A stretch of DNA of 64,000 bases from an uncultured Clostridia bacterium (GTDB taxonomy: Bacteria; Bacillota; Clostridia; Christensenellales; UBA1242), in assembly GCA_944377415.1 (NCBI GenBank), contig CALWEW010000004.1, forward strand, positions 1,681-65,680. Reading direction: 5' to 3'. The notes under the pieces were generated by a model. It did not search any database. It was not told the DNA's origin and saw nothing but the letters and a program-made list of their open reading frames with translations. The stretch's first letter is position 1. Each line of letters begins with the position of its first letter. Below are positions 49,601-57,799 of this stretch, in pieces. The position numbers and the translations under genes were made by a program.

Positions 49601-50936
49601 TATCAAAGTTCAAAGTTGGTGCTGTCGTATCAATTGTAAAAGAATAAGTTTTGGAGTTTCCTGCTTTATCTTGGATGCGCAGGGTATAATCGCCTGCATC
49701 ATTAAGCCAAGTACCCGATGTTATTTGCGTTGTTACATTATCGTGAACAATAAATGCCTGTTCTGGACTTTCGCTGTTAGTATAATCAAAATTAATTTGT
49801 ACTTGGTCTTTAAATACAGCATCTGTTATACTTTGAGACTTCGCTCCATTTTCACCAGTAGCAACTCGACTTTCTTTAATATTACTTAAAGCATTTGTAT
49901 TTGAATATGTAAAACTAATCTCTGGCATAATGGTATCCACAAAGCAGTAGTAATCATCATAGTTATTTTCTTTTGTATTTTCTATAGATACCTTGGTTTT
50001 TCCCTCATTGGTAATTGCTATTCTAAAGCCATCTTTAAAGGGTAGTACATTTTTATCTGATATAGGAACCATCCTAGTATCATTTACTCTTACATAATTA
50101 TTAAGATTACTAGCAGTTACATAATAAGCAGTAGGGCTATAAAAACAATTATTATCTGTAACTACTGATTCTTTTGCTGTTAGTTTATTTGTCCAATCTC
50201 TATCAGATCTAGGCATAAAGCCACTTAATGTTTTATGAATTTTTACATAGTCAAAACATCCGCCCCACCAACCGTTTTCCCAGTAAGCAGTACCCATAAA
50301 AGATATGACAATATAGGGTGAGCCAGCGTAATCCCAATCACACAATTTATAGTATTCATTGGCTGGATTAACGCCATTATTTCTATAATTGCCTGAACCC
50401 ATATTGTTTGCATTTCTATCTTTCACTGGAACACCAAAACCATCATCAGCATCTTCGCCTCTATCCCAAGAGATAAAGAATTCAGCACCTTCTTCAAACT
50501 TTGAATTAAGTACAGTACCCAAAAACCCTGCAAAGTTATATTCTGCTAAAGTAGTCTTTACCCAAATTTCAGCTTCATAATCTATAATTTCATCACTAGG
50601 GGTAAATTCGCCATTTTTATGAAATCTCGCATCAAGATACCCATCTTCATCGTATATAATCCTACCATCAGTTCTTCTAACCTCAAAGTAATCAATAAAA
50701 GACAAATGCCTCCAACCAGCAAAAACTTCATTTTTTGCATCATTTTTTACTTTTAATTTTGTATAAGGCTGTAAAACACTACTAGTATCACCGAATACAG
50801 CATCATAATTGTTTAATGCTGATACAGATACTTTGCTATTAGTTAATTTTGAAATAGGAACAACAGAAATTAGCAAACCTAAAACGAACAAAGAAAAACA
50901 TATGATTAATGTAATTAATTTTTTATATTTACTCAT
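46617..50936 (-). CDS. Large membrane-anchored Ig-like repeat protein (putative mating-pair adhesin)
   Basis: Signal/TM at the N-terminus, repeated G.Y.I...D.AGN....F.ID.T.P units, C-terminal TM. Confidence 0.85.
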   Translation of the reverse strand: MSKYKKLITLIICFSLFVLGLLISVVPISKLTNSKVSVSALNNYDAVFGDTSSVLQPYTKLKVKNDAKNEVFAGWRHLSFIDYFEVRRTDGRIIYDEDGYLDARFHKNGEFTPSDEIIDYEAEIWVKTTLAEYNFAGFLGTVLNSKFEEGAEFFISWDRGEDADDGFGVPVKDRNANNMGSGNYRNNGVNPANEYYKLCDWDYAGSPYIVISFMGTAYWENGWWGGCFDYVKIHKTLSGFMPRSDRDWTNKLTAKESVVTDNNCFYSPTAYYVTASNLNNYVRVNDTRMVPISDKNVLPFKDGFRIAITNEGKTKVSIENTKENNYDDYYCFVDTIMPEISFTYSNTNALSNIKESRVATGENGAKSQSITDAVFKDQVQINFDYTNSESPEQAFIVHDNVTTQITSGTWLNDAGDYTLRIQDKAGNSKTYSFTIDTTAPTLNFDKLTNNTSYKVSKWFVATLPNTFVNSTSQSFADYNDALLWAKTKENENLVTEYYLNDINDFHYTNLVASGDSVKLGPYWYYKSIENANLYVYYFDETLLDKAITQYSKDYISGPFYYDNSKYNNYGKILNTSMYHNTWNEANTPALIANNFIFTQTDANESYKIYYKAINQQDTEYKELQYNIALRNQGLGHGLYEIKETDFARHSTVYNIFIDNNAPLLNVQAKVYGNNSSFTHTISQNDIPSNGKLEFYYEEFSILDIFDDDTWYLLKIVTPQNNTFYYSYLDTLPTNSFFETGQYTITTYDRLNNNFSFEVNILGLAPKVNFETINANQQLKITIQDGDSVNALTDIKIYKNDILLNSELGFDEYPEQDDNDLIFINISTKEYTFNRGGYYKVQLTDVFGRITSYEFVFEKDLPTGILKGVSNNGATNTDASFTYDNTKYLAVLYKNDIVIQPSEILEDNLTEITIQVESNVLNSYKILLYDKTDFDNFNTYVFDINTLIPEFDLNGVSDKGTTSSNAYAKWETLNNYSAVYIFNGSKEQSYYNGQVFTSDGYYEIIVKDRLGNTNSKTFTIDKSLDYTVYVDDELITAGEILYTNKSIKIVNNEPLSIEIFKDNEILNYKFNEYFNDEGKYKVHIFDEYGNSNYFDFEIDRTPPAATLIGVANNGTTNSSVQVIWDEDNLLADYYLNEVLQGLYSNGSEIKLNGNYKIVVSDLAGNSIEFNFKIDNELEFEINTFNGGISNEPVRVLAHENLTIEMQKDGQKIDYSFEDFVSEDGFYEFVITDELGNKSYFEFTILNHPVNRLEHKLSAKYTILEIIRNDEIQELNIQNNMLYLIDEATYKITVQDGENKTYVFEIVIDTTAPTIVLVGVENNGYTKGEVSTRTPSENPIIITATLNDEKLEYALGDKLESVGNYKLIVSDLAGNITEYEFTILPSLNAATIALFGGMLAVVVLIIILLVKNKVGYYKGKTEITVTEETKTTESIDSIEKK

Positions 50937-50939
50937 TTG

Positions 50940-53099
50940 TTATTTCTCCAAATTTAATAGTTCTTTTAGTTGTTTTAAAAGTATTTTCACTTTCCTATCT
51001 AACTTAATGTCTGCATTGCTATTTTCTTGTATGTTATTTAAATCGTTATAAATAGCTAAATAATTACTTTGTTCTAAAAGTTCTAGTGTTTTAACTTTTT
51101 CATTATCATTTAAAATTTCTATAGGCATAGAAGAAATTAAGTTTTTGATTGAGTTTGTTAGAAATAATTTTTCATTTGTTTCTGTGCTTGCATTTCTGTT
51201 TTTGTTAAGTATTAAGTCATTGCGTGCATTCATATCGTACATAACCTGTTCTTCTAAAAAAGGTTTGCCTATTTTTGTTACTTGGATAGTTGAACCTAGT
51301 TTGTATTTCCAACATTTAAAGGCAGGGGTGAATTTACTTTTTATAGGTGCATAACCGAAAATACTTATTATTGCATTTCCCATACTAGAGTAGTTATTTA
51401 GTTGAGCAAGTTCACTAGGATAAATTAAGGGTCTTTCACGCACGGACGCTGAAGAGCTTATATCACTTGATTTAGAAGTGTTAAAACTAACATTATTTTG
51501 AACAATAGTATAATTGCCACATTGCTTTGAAAAACTATTAATCGTATCTAAATCGGTTGTTCCTATAAAAATTTGAATATTGCAGTTTGATTTTATAATG
51601 TTAGCTGTTTTATCATCATAAACTTTACTTAATTGGGCATAACTTTGCACAACTAAAGTCAGCCATATTTTACGACTACGACCAACCGTTATCATTTGTT
51701 CTAGTTTATGTACTCGAGGTAAGTTGCCAAACTCATCAAGTAGGAAATAGACGCTCCTAGGCAGGGTTAAATCAGGATAGGTATTTGCCTTTGCTACAAG
51801 TGCTTTGTAGGCTTGCAGTATCATCATAGAAGCAAGAGTATGTCTTGTTTCCTTTTCATCAGGTATTTGCATAAATAATGCTGTAGGCTTTAATGCAATT
51901 TCGCCAAAATCTATTTCATTTGAGCTAGTAAGGGCACAAATACTTTTATCACTAAAAAGTGAAAGTTTATCGAATATTGTTGATAGATAACTGCCTCTAG
52001 TTTTATCACTCGCATCTAATACTTGTTTTGATAAACTCACGGCTTTTGAAATAGGGCTTCGCTTTGCAAAATATTTAATTAAGTTTTCACAATCATTCTC
52101 TGTGTTCGTTGCAATTTTAGTAATGTTATAGAAATTGTATTTCTCTTTTGTCATACCAAGGGCAGGATTTTCACTATCCTCCAGCATTGCAAGCGCAATG
52201 GCTAAAATAAAGTTTTTTGCGCCACTTTCCCATATGGGTTCGCTCTTGTTTAATACAGGGCAAAGGGCAGAAACTATGTCATGCAAATCTTCGTATATCT
52301 CATCATATAGTTCTTGTTTTTTAACTTGAATGGCAGACAACAAATCTTCTTGTGAAGCATAAGTTTGATTTTCAAATTTATAGACATTGTTTTCTTTATC
52401 TTCTGTAATATATTCATCTAAATGCAACATTTTTTGATACATCATATACGGCTTTTCTAGTGGATTCCAACGGACAGAGTTATAAGGGTATCTTAAATCA
52501 ACGATTTTGGTATCATAACCTAGTTGCTGTAGCCTTTCTGCATGTAATGCGTATAGTTCGCCTTTTGGGTCTGATATAAAAAGAGAAGGCTTATTTTTTG
52601 TGTTTGCAAGTATTTGTATGGTAGGCGAAATAAAAGTTGTAGTTTTTCCACTGCCTGTGGTACCTATTACTAGCGTATGTGCAGACTTTGCGAGTGTGAT
52701 ATTAAGTTTATTTTTAACCATTTCAGCTTTTATAGGAATACCCTCAACAAATTGTTGCGATAGATTATCAAAATTGATTTGTTTAAAGTTTTTACTTAAT
52801 TCTTTTTCTGTTTGGAAATGTGCTTGTTCAAGCCCTGCTTGAATAGCTGTTTCGCCATTATTTTGCATTATGTTTTTTGCGTGTTTATTCCAATAGTTTT
52901 TGTACCAATTATAGAGATACAGACAAACAATAATTAAATAGATAAATACTGAATAAATTAATGTTTTTAAGTTAAATAAAAGGTCAAAATTTAAGTAAAA
53001 AACAAAGTTATTTGCAACAAAGCAATTTGCTAAAAAGCCTACTACATAACAAAGAACAAACAGAGTAATCCACAATATAATTTTTAAGTATAATTTCAA
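50940..53099 (-). CDS. virD4: VirD4/TraG type IV coupling protein
   Basis: Two TMs; HTLVIGTTGSGKT, SDPKGEL, WNPL, LLDEFGNL, GRSR...LVVQS.AQL. Confidence 0.93.
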   Translation of the reverse strand: MKLYLKIILWITLFVLCYVVGFLANCFVANNFVFYLNFDLLFNLKTLIYSVFIYLIIVCLYLYNWYKNYWNKHAKNIMQNNGETAIQAGLEQAHFQTEKELSKNFKQINFDNLSQQFVEGIPIKAEMVKNKLNITLAKSAHTLVIGTTGSGKTTTFISPTIQILANTKNKPSLFISDPKGELYALHAERLQQLGYDTKIVDLRYPYNSVRWNPLEKPYMMYQKMLHLDEYITEDKENNVYKFENQTYASQEDLLSAIQVKKQELYDEIYEDLHDIVSALCPVLNKSEPIWESGAKNFILAIALAMLEDSENPALGMTKEKYNFYNITKIATNTENDCENLIKYFAKRSPISKAVSLSKQVLDASDKTRGSYLSTIFDKLSLFSDKSICALTSSNEIDFGEIALKPTALFMQIPDEKETRHTLASMMILQAYKALVAKANTYPDLTLPRSVYFLLDEFGNLPRVHKLEQMITVGRSRKIWLTLVVQSYAQLSKVYDDKTANIIKSNCNIQIFIGTTDLDTINSFSKQCGNYTIVQNNVSFNTSKSSDISSSASVRERPLIYPSELAQLNNYSSMGNAIISIFGYAPIKSKFTPAFKCWKYKLGSTIQVTKIGKPFLEEQVMYDMNARNDLILNKNRNASTETNEKLFLTNSIKNLISSMPIEILNDNEKVKTLELLEQSNYLAIYNDLNNIQENSNADIKLDRKVKILLKQLKELLNLEK

Positions 53100-54301
53100 A
53101 GTTCTATAACTCCTTGTTCTATCAGTACTTCAATGTTTAATTGTCGTAATTTTTTCATATGTTCCTCAAAATAATTAAAGGCTTCTTTTTGCGTTTTTTC
53201 GCTTAAATAAAGGCTTTTTTCTAGTAAATAGCTGTTTTTATTTCGCTCTATTCGTTTCTTTACAAGTCTATTGCTTGTTTGAAATTGATTCTTGTTTATT
53301 TCATACTTAAAACTCAGTAAAAACTTGATAATTTGATTGCCTAAACGCCTATATAAATCTTGTTGATATTTTTTACTTAAAAGATACTTTTCGGGGGCAA
53401 TTTTGCTACTTTCACACATCTTTAAAATGCTTTTGTCTTTTTCATTAATTAAATTTAAAAATTTTTGATATTTTGCTTGTAAATTTTTGTTTTGTTTAAT
53501 GATTTTTATAGTTAAATTATCTATTTCAGTCCGTAAAAATTGCATATTATCACTATCATAACTTAATCGACCATTGCTCGGTAGTTTGATAATGAGATTT
53601 TTCATAGTTTTCAAGACTGAGTTTTTTAGAAAATTTAAAGATAAATTTGCCTTAAAATCACTATTTATCTCTTTTCTTGTGTCTATTATCTCTGTATTAT
53701 TGTTTAACAAATACAATTCAGTTCTTATCTTTGCTTTTTCAATAGAATTTTTAGTAATTTGCCCATACGAAAAGCATTTTTTATTTTGCGTTTTCCTAAA
53801 TTTTGTAGGTTCTTTTTCATAAAAAGCAAAATGTATGTGCCTATGGTCTGTGTTTGTATGAAATCCAGCACACCAGACTATGTTTTTAGGTTCCAAACCT
53901 GCGCTAGAGAGAAATCTTGGAAATTCATTTTTCATTAATAAATATGCTTTTTCATAGCTATTACAATTCTCTTTTCCAAACATTTCTTCAAAAGAAATTA
54001 GTCCGTGCCAAATAACACTTTTTGTTAATCTAAATCCTTGTTTTAACTCCTTTATTCTTTCCTGTGAACATAAGCCATTTTCATCAAACAAGCCCGTGCT
54101 TTTTTCATTATTTCCTGAATAGTCTACAAAATCTATTTTTGCTTTACTTCCATCGTTAATATAACCTAAGTAGTTGTATGGCTGCTCGCAAGCATAAAAT
54201 TGCCTTTCTTTGAGATATTTTTTTACCAAATTATTATTTAAACCTAAGCCATCTAAACAAGGTACATAATGAATAAAGAAATTAACTTTCGGTATTGCCA
54301 C
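53096..54301 (-). CDS. MobL-type HUH relaxase
   Basis: DFVDY, GLF, VIWHGLISF, FHTNTDHRHIHFAFYEKEP. Confidence 0.88.
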   Translation of the reverse strand: MAIPKVNFFIHYVPCLDGLGLNNNLVKKYLKERQFYACEQPYNYLGYINDGSKAKIDFVDYSGNNEKSTGLFDENGLCSQERIKELKQGFRLTKSVIWHGLISFEEMFGKENCNSYEKAYLLMKNEFPRFLSSAGLEPKNIVWCAGFHTNTDHRHIHFAFYEKEPTKFRKTQNKKCFSYGQITKNSIEKAKIRTELYLLNNNTEIIDTRKEINSDFKANLSLNFLKNSVLKTMKNLIIKLPSNGRLSYDSDNMQFLRTEIDNLTIKIIKQNKNLQAKYQKFLNLINEKDKSILKMCESSKIAPEKYLLSKKYQQDLYRRLGNQIIKFLLSFKYEINKNQFQTSNRLVKKRIERNKNSYLLEKSLYLSEKTQKEAFNYFEEHMKKLRQLNIEVLIEQGVIEL

Positions 54302-54746
54302 TTTGTTTAAATTCCTCTATAAGAGACAAAGTTGTTTCATCAAAATTTTCAGGTAAGTTATCAAAAATACCTTTATTGTAGGCATCAATTGATATACCTT
54401 TGTCTTGAATAAGTTGCCCAAGCATATGGTAAAGTCTAATTAATAACACTTGATTTTCTCGAGAACTAATGAAACTATCTTTATAAGATATTTTGCATTG
54501 TTTTTGTAATAGATTTAAGTTCTGAGTTATCTTATTAATTTCAGTGCAAATGTTATTATCATTTAGAAGCGTTTTTGCGTTGTTTGCTTCTTGCTCTAAA
54601 GTTTCAAGGCCTTTTAGCAGAATGTCTATGTAAAAGCTATTTTTAGAGGGATAAAGCCTACTTACATTTTGCCAAAATGAATTTAATCTTTTTATCACTC
54701 CAGAATCATAAATTCTTAAGGTTAATTTTACTAAGTCATTCGGCAT
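54282..54746 (-). CDS. Putative relaxosome accessory protein
   Basis: RBS GGAGG; overlaps the relaxase start; RHH-like N-terminus (KLTLRI..SKNSFYIDIL). Confidence 0.55.
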   Translation of the reverse strand: MPNDLVKLTLRIYDSGVIKRLNSFWQNVSRLYPSKNSFYIDILLKGLETLEQEANNAKTLLNDNNICTEINKITQNLNLLQKQCKISYKDSFISSRENQVLLIRLYHMLGQLIQDKGISIDAYNKGIFDNLPENFDETTLSLIEEFKQSGNTES

Positions 54747-54797
54747 AAAACCTCCTTTGTATTTGTGCCCTATAATAAGCAGGTTTTGAAACCATTT

Positions 54798-55268
54798 CTA
54801 ACTATCTAATTCCTTTATTTTCTTAATAATGCGACCTAGAAGGCTGTGAATTCTTTGTCTAGATACACTGAAATGATTGGCAATCTCTTTTTCAGAAAGA
54901 TCTATAAAATAGTATAAAAACAATACATTTAATTGAAGATTTGTGAATTTGTGGATATTTTTAGCAAATGTTTTTTTGAAACTTTCAAGTTTATTTGAGT
55001 TTGCTAGGATATTGTCAACCACTTTATCTATTAATTTGCTTTCATTATCTTTTCCAAAATAATCTAATCCTACAGGGATATCTAAATCAAAAATATCTGC
55101 AGATATTTCATTTCTTAAAACTGTATTCCTTTGTTTTTGTTCGGCTTTATCCATTTCATCTAGGGCTTCTTTTACTTTTCTACTAGTTTTTACTAATACA
55201 GTTTGCTGATGAATTCTGTCGTAATATTCGAATTCAATTATTTCATTTTCTTTTTTGTCTACTTTCAT
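54798..55268 (-). CDS. Sigma-70 region 4-like DNA-binding protein
   Basis: FTNLQLNVLFLYYFIDLSEKEIANHFSVSRQRIH....RIIKKIK. Confidence 0.8.
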   Translation of the reverse strand: MKVDKKENEIIEFEYYDRIHQQTVLVKTSRKVKEALDEMDKAEQKQRNTVLRNEISADIFDLDIPVGLDYFGKDNESKLIDKVVDNILANSNKLESFKKTFAKNIHKFTNLQLNVLFLYYFIDLSEKEIANHFSVSRQRIHSLLGRIIKKIKELDS

Positions 55269-55608
55269 TTTCTAACTCCTTTTGTTCTTTAATTTGGAGT
55301 AAGTTTTTAATAAAGACTTTTATATTTACACTTAATTGTTTAAGTTTTTGCAATGCGTTAATTATTTCCTGCATTTCTAAAACCTCTAATTTTTCAACAT
55401 TAATTTGTCTTTCCTTTATTAGCCTTACTCCGCCTTTATCAATTCCACCACGGAAGGTATCTATATTAAAGCGATAAGCCAGTGCCTGTATATGTCTATA
55501 TACAGTTTTCGAGCAAACTTCAGCTTTTTTAGCAATTTCTCTATAAGTATGGACTTTGCCATCTAAAAGCACATCTAATATGTCTGCTTGAATATTGCGG
55601 CTTTTCAC
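55243..55608 (-). CDS. HTH_11-type regulator (WYL-family N-terminus, no WYL domain)
   Basis: ILDVLLDGK.HTYREIA...EVCSKTVYRHIQAL...I.T.RG...GGV.L; RBS AAGGAGGTG. Confidence 0.8.
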   Translation of the reverse strand: MKSRNIQADILDVLLDGKVHTYREIAKKAEVCSKTVYRHIQALAYRFNIDTFRGGIDKGGVRLIKERQINVEKLEVLEMQEIINALQKLKQLSVNIKVFIKNLLQIKEQKELENESRQKRK

Positions 55609-55653
55609 TTTTACACCTCCTTTTGAAATTGATTGAATGAATTATAGTTATCT

Positions 55654-55678
55654 CGTATAGACAAAGCCTGTCCATACG
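55654..55678. promoter_or_regulatory. Palindromic operator 1
   Basis: CGTAT-AGACA-AAGCC-TGTCC-ATACG upstream of the leftward HTH gene. Confidence 0.6.
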
Positions 55679-55717
55679 CAAAAAAATTTTTGAAAACTTT
55701 TTAAGGTGGCTTTAAAG

Positions 55718-55785
55718 CAAAAAGAAAAGACCACAGTTTCCGTTTCGTACGCTTGTTGATACGATGGTTACGGACTCTATGGTCT
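55718..55785 (-). terminator. Long hairpin plus U-tract (terminator/attenuator) after the Zn-ribbon gene
   Basis: Minus strand AGACCATAG..TCCGT..TCGTA..TACGA.ACGGA..CTGTGGTCT-TTTCTTTTT. Confidence 0.65.
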
Positions 55786-55791
55786 CAAAGC

Positions 55792-55980
55792 TTATTGGTC
55801 TACAAATGATAGTGTAATGTAGACAATTTTGTTGCATCTGGTACATTTATTATAAATTACCAGTTCTTTAGGTTTGTTTGGTGGCTCAACCTTATAAACC
55901 TTAGCCAGCGAATACTCACTGGCATTTAGTTTGCCCAATAATCTGTTGCAGTATGGACACCGAATTTCTTTTTGATACAT
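55792..55980 (-). CDS. Com-like zinc-ribbon protein
   Basis: RBS GGAGG; EIRCPYCNRLLGK...KCTRCNKI. Confidence 0.7.
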   Translation of the reverse strand: MYQKEIRCPYCNRLLGKLNASEYSLAKVYKVEPPNKPKELVIYNKCTRCNKIVYITLSFVDQ

Positions 55981-56093
55981 TTCTGCCTCCAATTTTGCAA
56001 TAAACATCATTAACTAGTTGCAATTAAACTGCCCTAAACGAGGGGCTAACTCAGGAAAGAGAAGAAAAATTAGTTCCAAGCCCGTGATGTTGT

Positions 56094-56127
56094 TTGACAT
56101 TTTAGCACAAATGTTCTAAAATGTCAA
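56094..56127. promoter_or_regulatory. Symmetric bidirectional SigA promoter with LexA-like box
   Basis: TTGACATTTTAG-CACAAATGTT-CTAAAATGTCAA reads TTGACA-17-TAAAAT on both strands; spacer contains GCAC-AAAT-GTTC. Confidence 0.7.
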
Positions 56128-56302
56128 TACACTTTTTGAAAAAAAATAGCAAGTGTATTTTTGACTTGTTTTGTTATATCTTGTCTTTTAATTAGATGTT
56201 AAATCTATTCTTTCCTATTTGTTAATAAAATAAATAGGGGGATTTTTTCTTATAAAAAGAGATTTTAGACATAAGTAGACAAAATTTGACAAAAAAATTT
56301 TT

Positions 56303-56329
56303 TCAATCAGACAATTGTTGTCCTATTGA
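56303..56329. promoter_or_regulatory. Palindromic operator 2
   Basis: TCAATC-AGACA-ATTGT-TGTCC-TATTGA; same AGACA-N5-TGTCC core as operator 1; upstream of the rightward HTH gene. Confidence 0.6.
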
Positions 56330-56367
56330 CTTTGTTATATTATTCGTGCCAATGGGTGGAGGTGGAT

Positions 56368-56760
56368 ATGGCTAGGTGTCGGGATATTCAATATGGAATT
56401 ATTAGTTTGCTAATGGATGGTAAAAAACACACAATTACCGAATTAGCAACAAATTTAAATGTTAGTTATAAAACTATTAGTCGGCACCTAAATGATTTAT
56501 CAACATATTACCCCCTTTCCACCTATGTTGGCGGGCGCGATAGTGGCGGCGTCCAATTAAAAAATACTTTTATACATACAAATTTATTTAACAATGAAGA
56601 CTTAAGTCTGATTTTAAAAGGTTTAACACAACTAAATCAACAAAGTCCTGAAGTTATAAAATTGATGGTAAAAGTGCAAAATGCCATGCAAAAACATCCT
56701 CACGCAGACACGCCTGCGATATCAAGTGTAAGGAGTAAAGAAAATGGACAAGTTATGTAA
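56368..56760 (+). CDS. HTH_11-type regulator, paralogue of 55243-55608
   Basis: RBS GGAGGTGG; IISLLMDGKKHTITELA..LNVSYKTISRHLNDL...L.T.VG...GGV.L. Confidence 0.8.
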   Translation: MARCRDIQYGIISLLMDGKKHTITELATNLNVSYKTISRHLNDLSTYYPLSTYVGGRDSGGVQLKNTFIHTNLFNNEDLSLILKGLTQLNQQSPEVIKLMVKVQNAMQKHPHADTPAISSVRSKENGQVM

Positions 56761-57136
56761 TTTGTTAGGAAAAAGTTTATTTAAAAAAGTGCAGGAGAAA
56801 CTGAATGGAGAAACACTTTATTTAAGCGATAGTAAGTTAATACCGAAATACAGGCTAGATGAAGTCAGCAAGCAAGTAAAGGAGTTAAAGTTAAAAAATG
56901 CGAATTTAAGAGCGGTATTAGAGGCTCGAGAAATCGAATACATACAAGCCCTAGACAAATTAAAAATTAATCTAATTTTATTCAAATTAGTGGCAAAAAG
57001 TAGGCCAAAAGATTTTGATGTAGTCCTCAAGTTTATTAAAAAAGAGAACTTAACCCTATGCAATGTTGAAGCATCTACAAAGTATCAAATTAGGAAAATC
57101 AAGTCCCATTCGCCGCATTTGTTTTTTTGTAAATAA
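56744..57136 (+). CDS. Phage scaffolding (GP20)-like protein
   Basis: LIPKYRLDEV, coiled coil, RPKDFDVV.KFI, QIRKIK...PHLF resemble GP20-family motifs. Confidence 0.6.
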   Translation: MDKLCNLLGKSLFKKVQEKLNGETLYLSDSKLIPKYRLDEVSKQVKELKLKNANLRAVLEAREIEYIQALDKLKINLILFKLVAKSRPKDFDVVLKFIKKENLTLCNVEASTKYQIRKIKSHSPHLFFCK

Positions 57137-57184
57137 CTCCTAACCTACCGTACTTGTCCTTTAATTTTAAGGAAAGGAGGTATT

Positions 57185-57784
57185 ATGGAAGAATATTTTC
57201 TATACTTAATCAACAACTTTTCGCTTGAAATTTTCTTGATTAGTTTAGCAATATTCGGCGCAACAATGCTAATAAAAATTCCAATTAAACGCGCCACAAG
57301 CAAATTAGATGAAGCCAAACGGCAAGGCATCAACACGCTAATTATGCTTATTCCGTTAGTTTTGGCGTTTAGTGCCTGCGCTGTGTATTTTGGGATAGTA
57401 AATAGGCCGATTTTATCGCTAGATTATGTATCTTGTAGCCTCAGCACTTGCATTATGTCTATAACAATTTATCTAATTTATGCACGCATTGCAATTATCG
57501 TTAAAGGTATTATTTCGGGTAAAACGAAAGTAACCGCCGATGACGTGCAAAACGCGGTAACAGACATAACCGAAGCGATTGAAAACAAGCAAGAAAACCC
57601 AAGTGAAACGCAAACCACAAAAGAAAAACTAAACCAAATCAAAGACAAAATAAACACCCTAATTAACTTTAAGCAAAAATTAGAAAATGATGGCGGAGTG
57701 CAAAACATAACCGCCCTAACCGAAACAAATAACGAAATAAAACATCTAGAAAACGAGCAGGCACAACTGCTTGCTAAAAAATAA
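57185..57784 (+). CDS. Holin-like three-TM protein with coiled-coil tail
   Basis: RBS AAAGGAGG; three hydrophobic helices (T.LIK.P..; IPLVLAF..); soluble coiled-coil C-terminus. Confidence 0.5.
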   Translation: MEEYFLYLINNFSLEIFLISLAIFGATMLIKIPIKRATSKLDEAKRQGINTLIMLIPLVLAFSACAVYFGIVNRPILSLDYVSCSLSTCIMSITIYLIYARIAIIVKGIISGKTKVTADDVQNAVTDITEAIENKQENPSETQTTKEKLNQIKDKINTLINFKQKLENDGGVQNITALTETNNEIKHLENEQAQLLAKK

Positions 57785-57799
57785 TTAAAAGGAGAAAAA

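Noticed and set aside
56744-57784. Prophage
   Set aside because: No terminase, portal, capsid or tail genes in the window; the context is conjugative.
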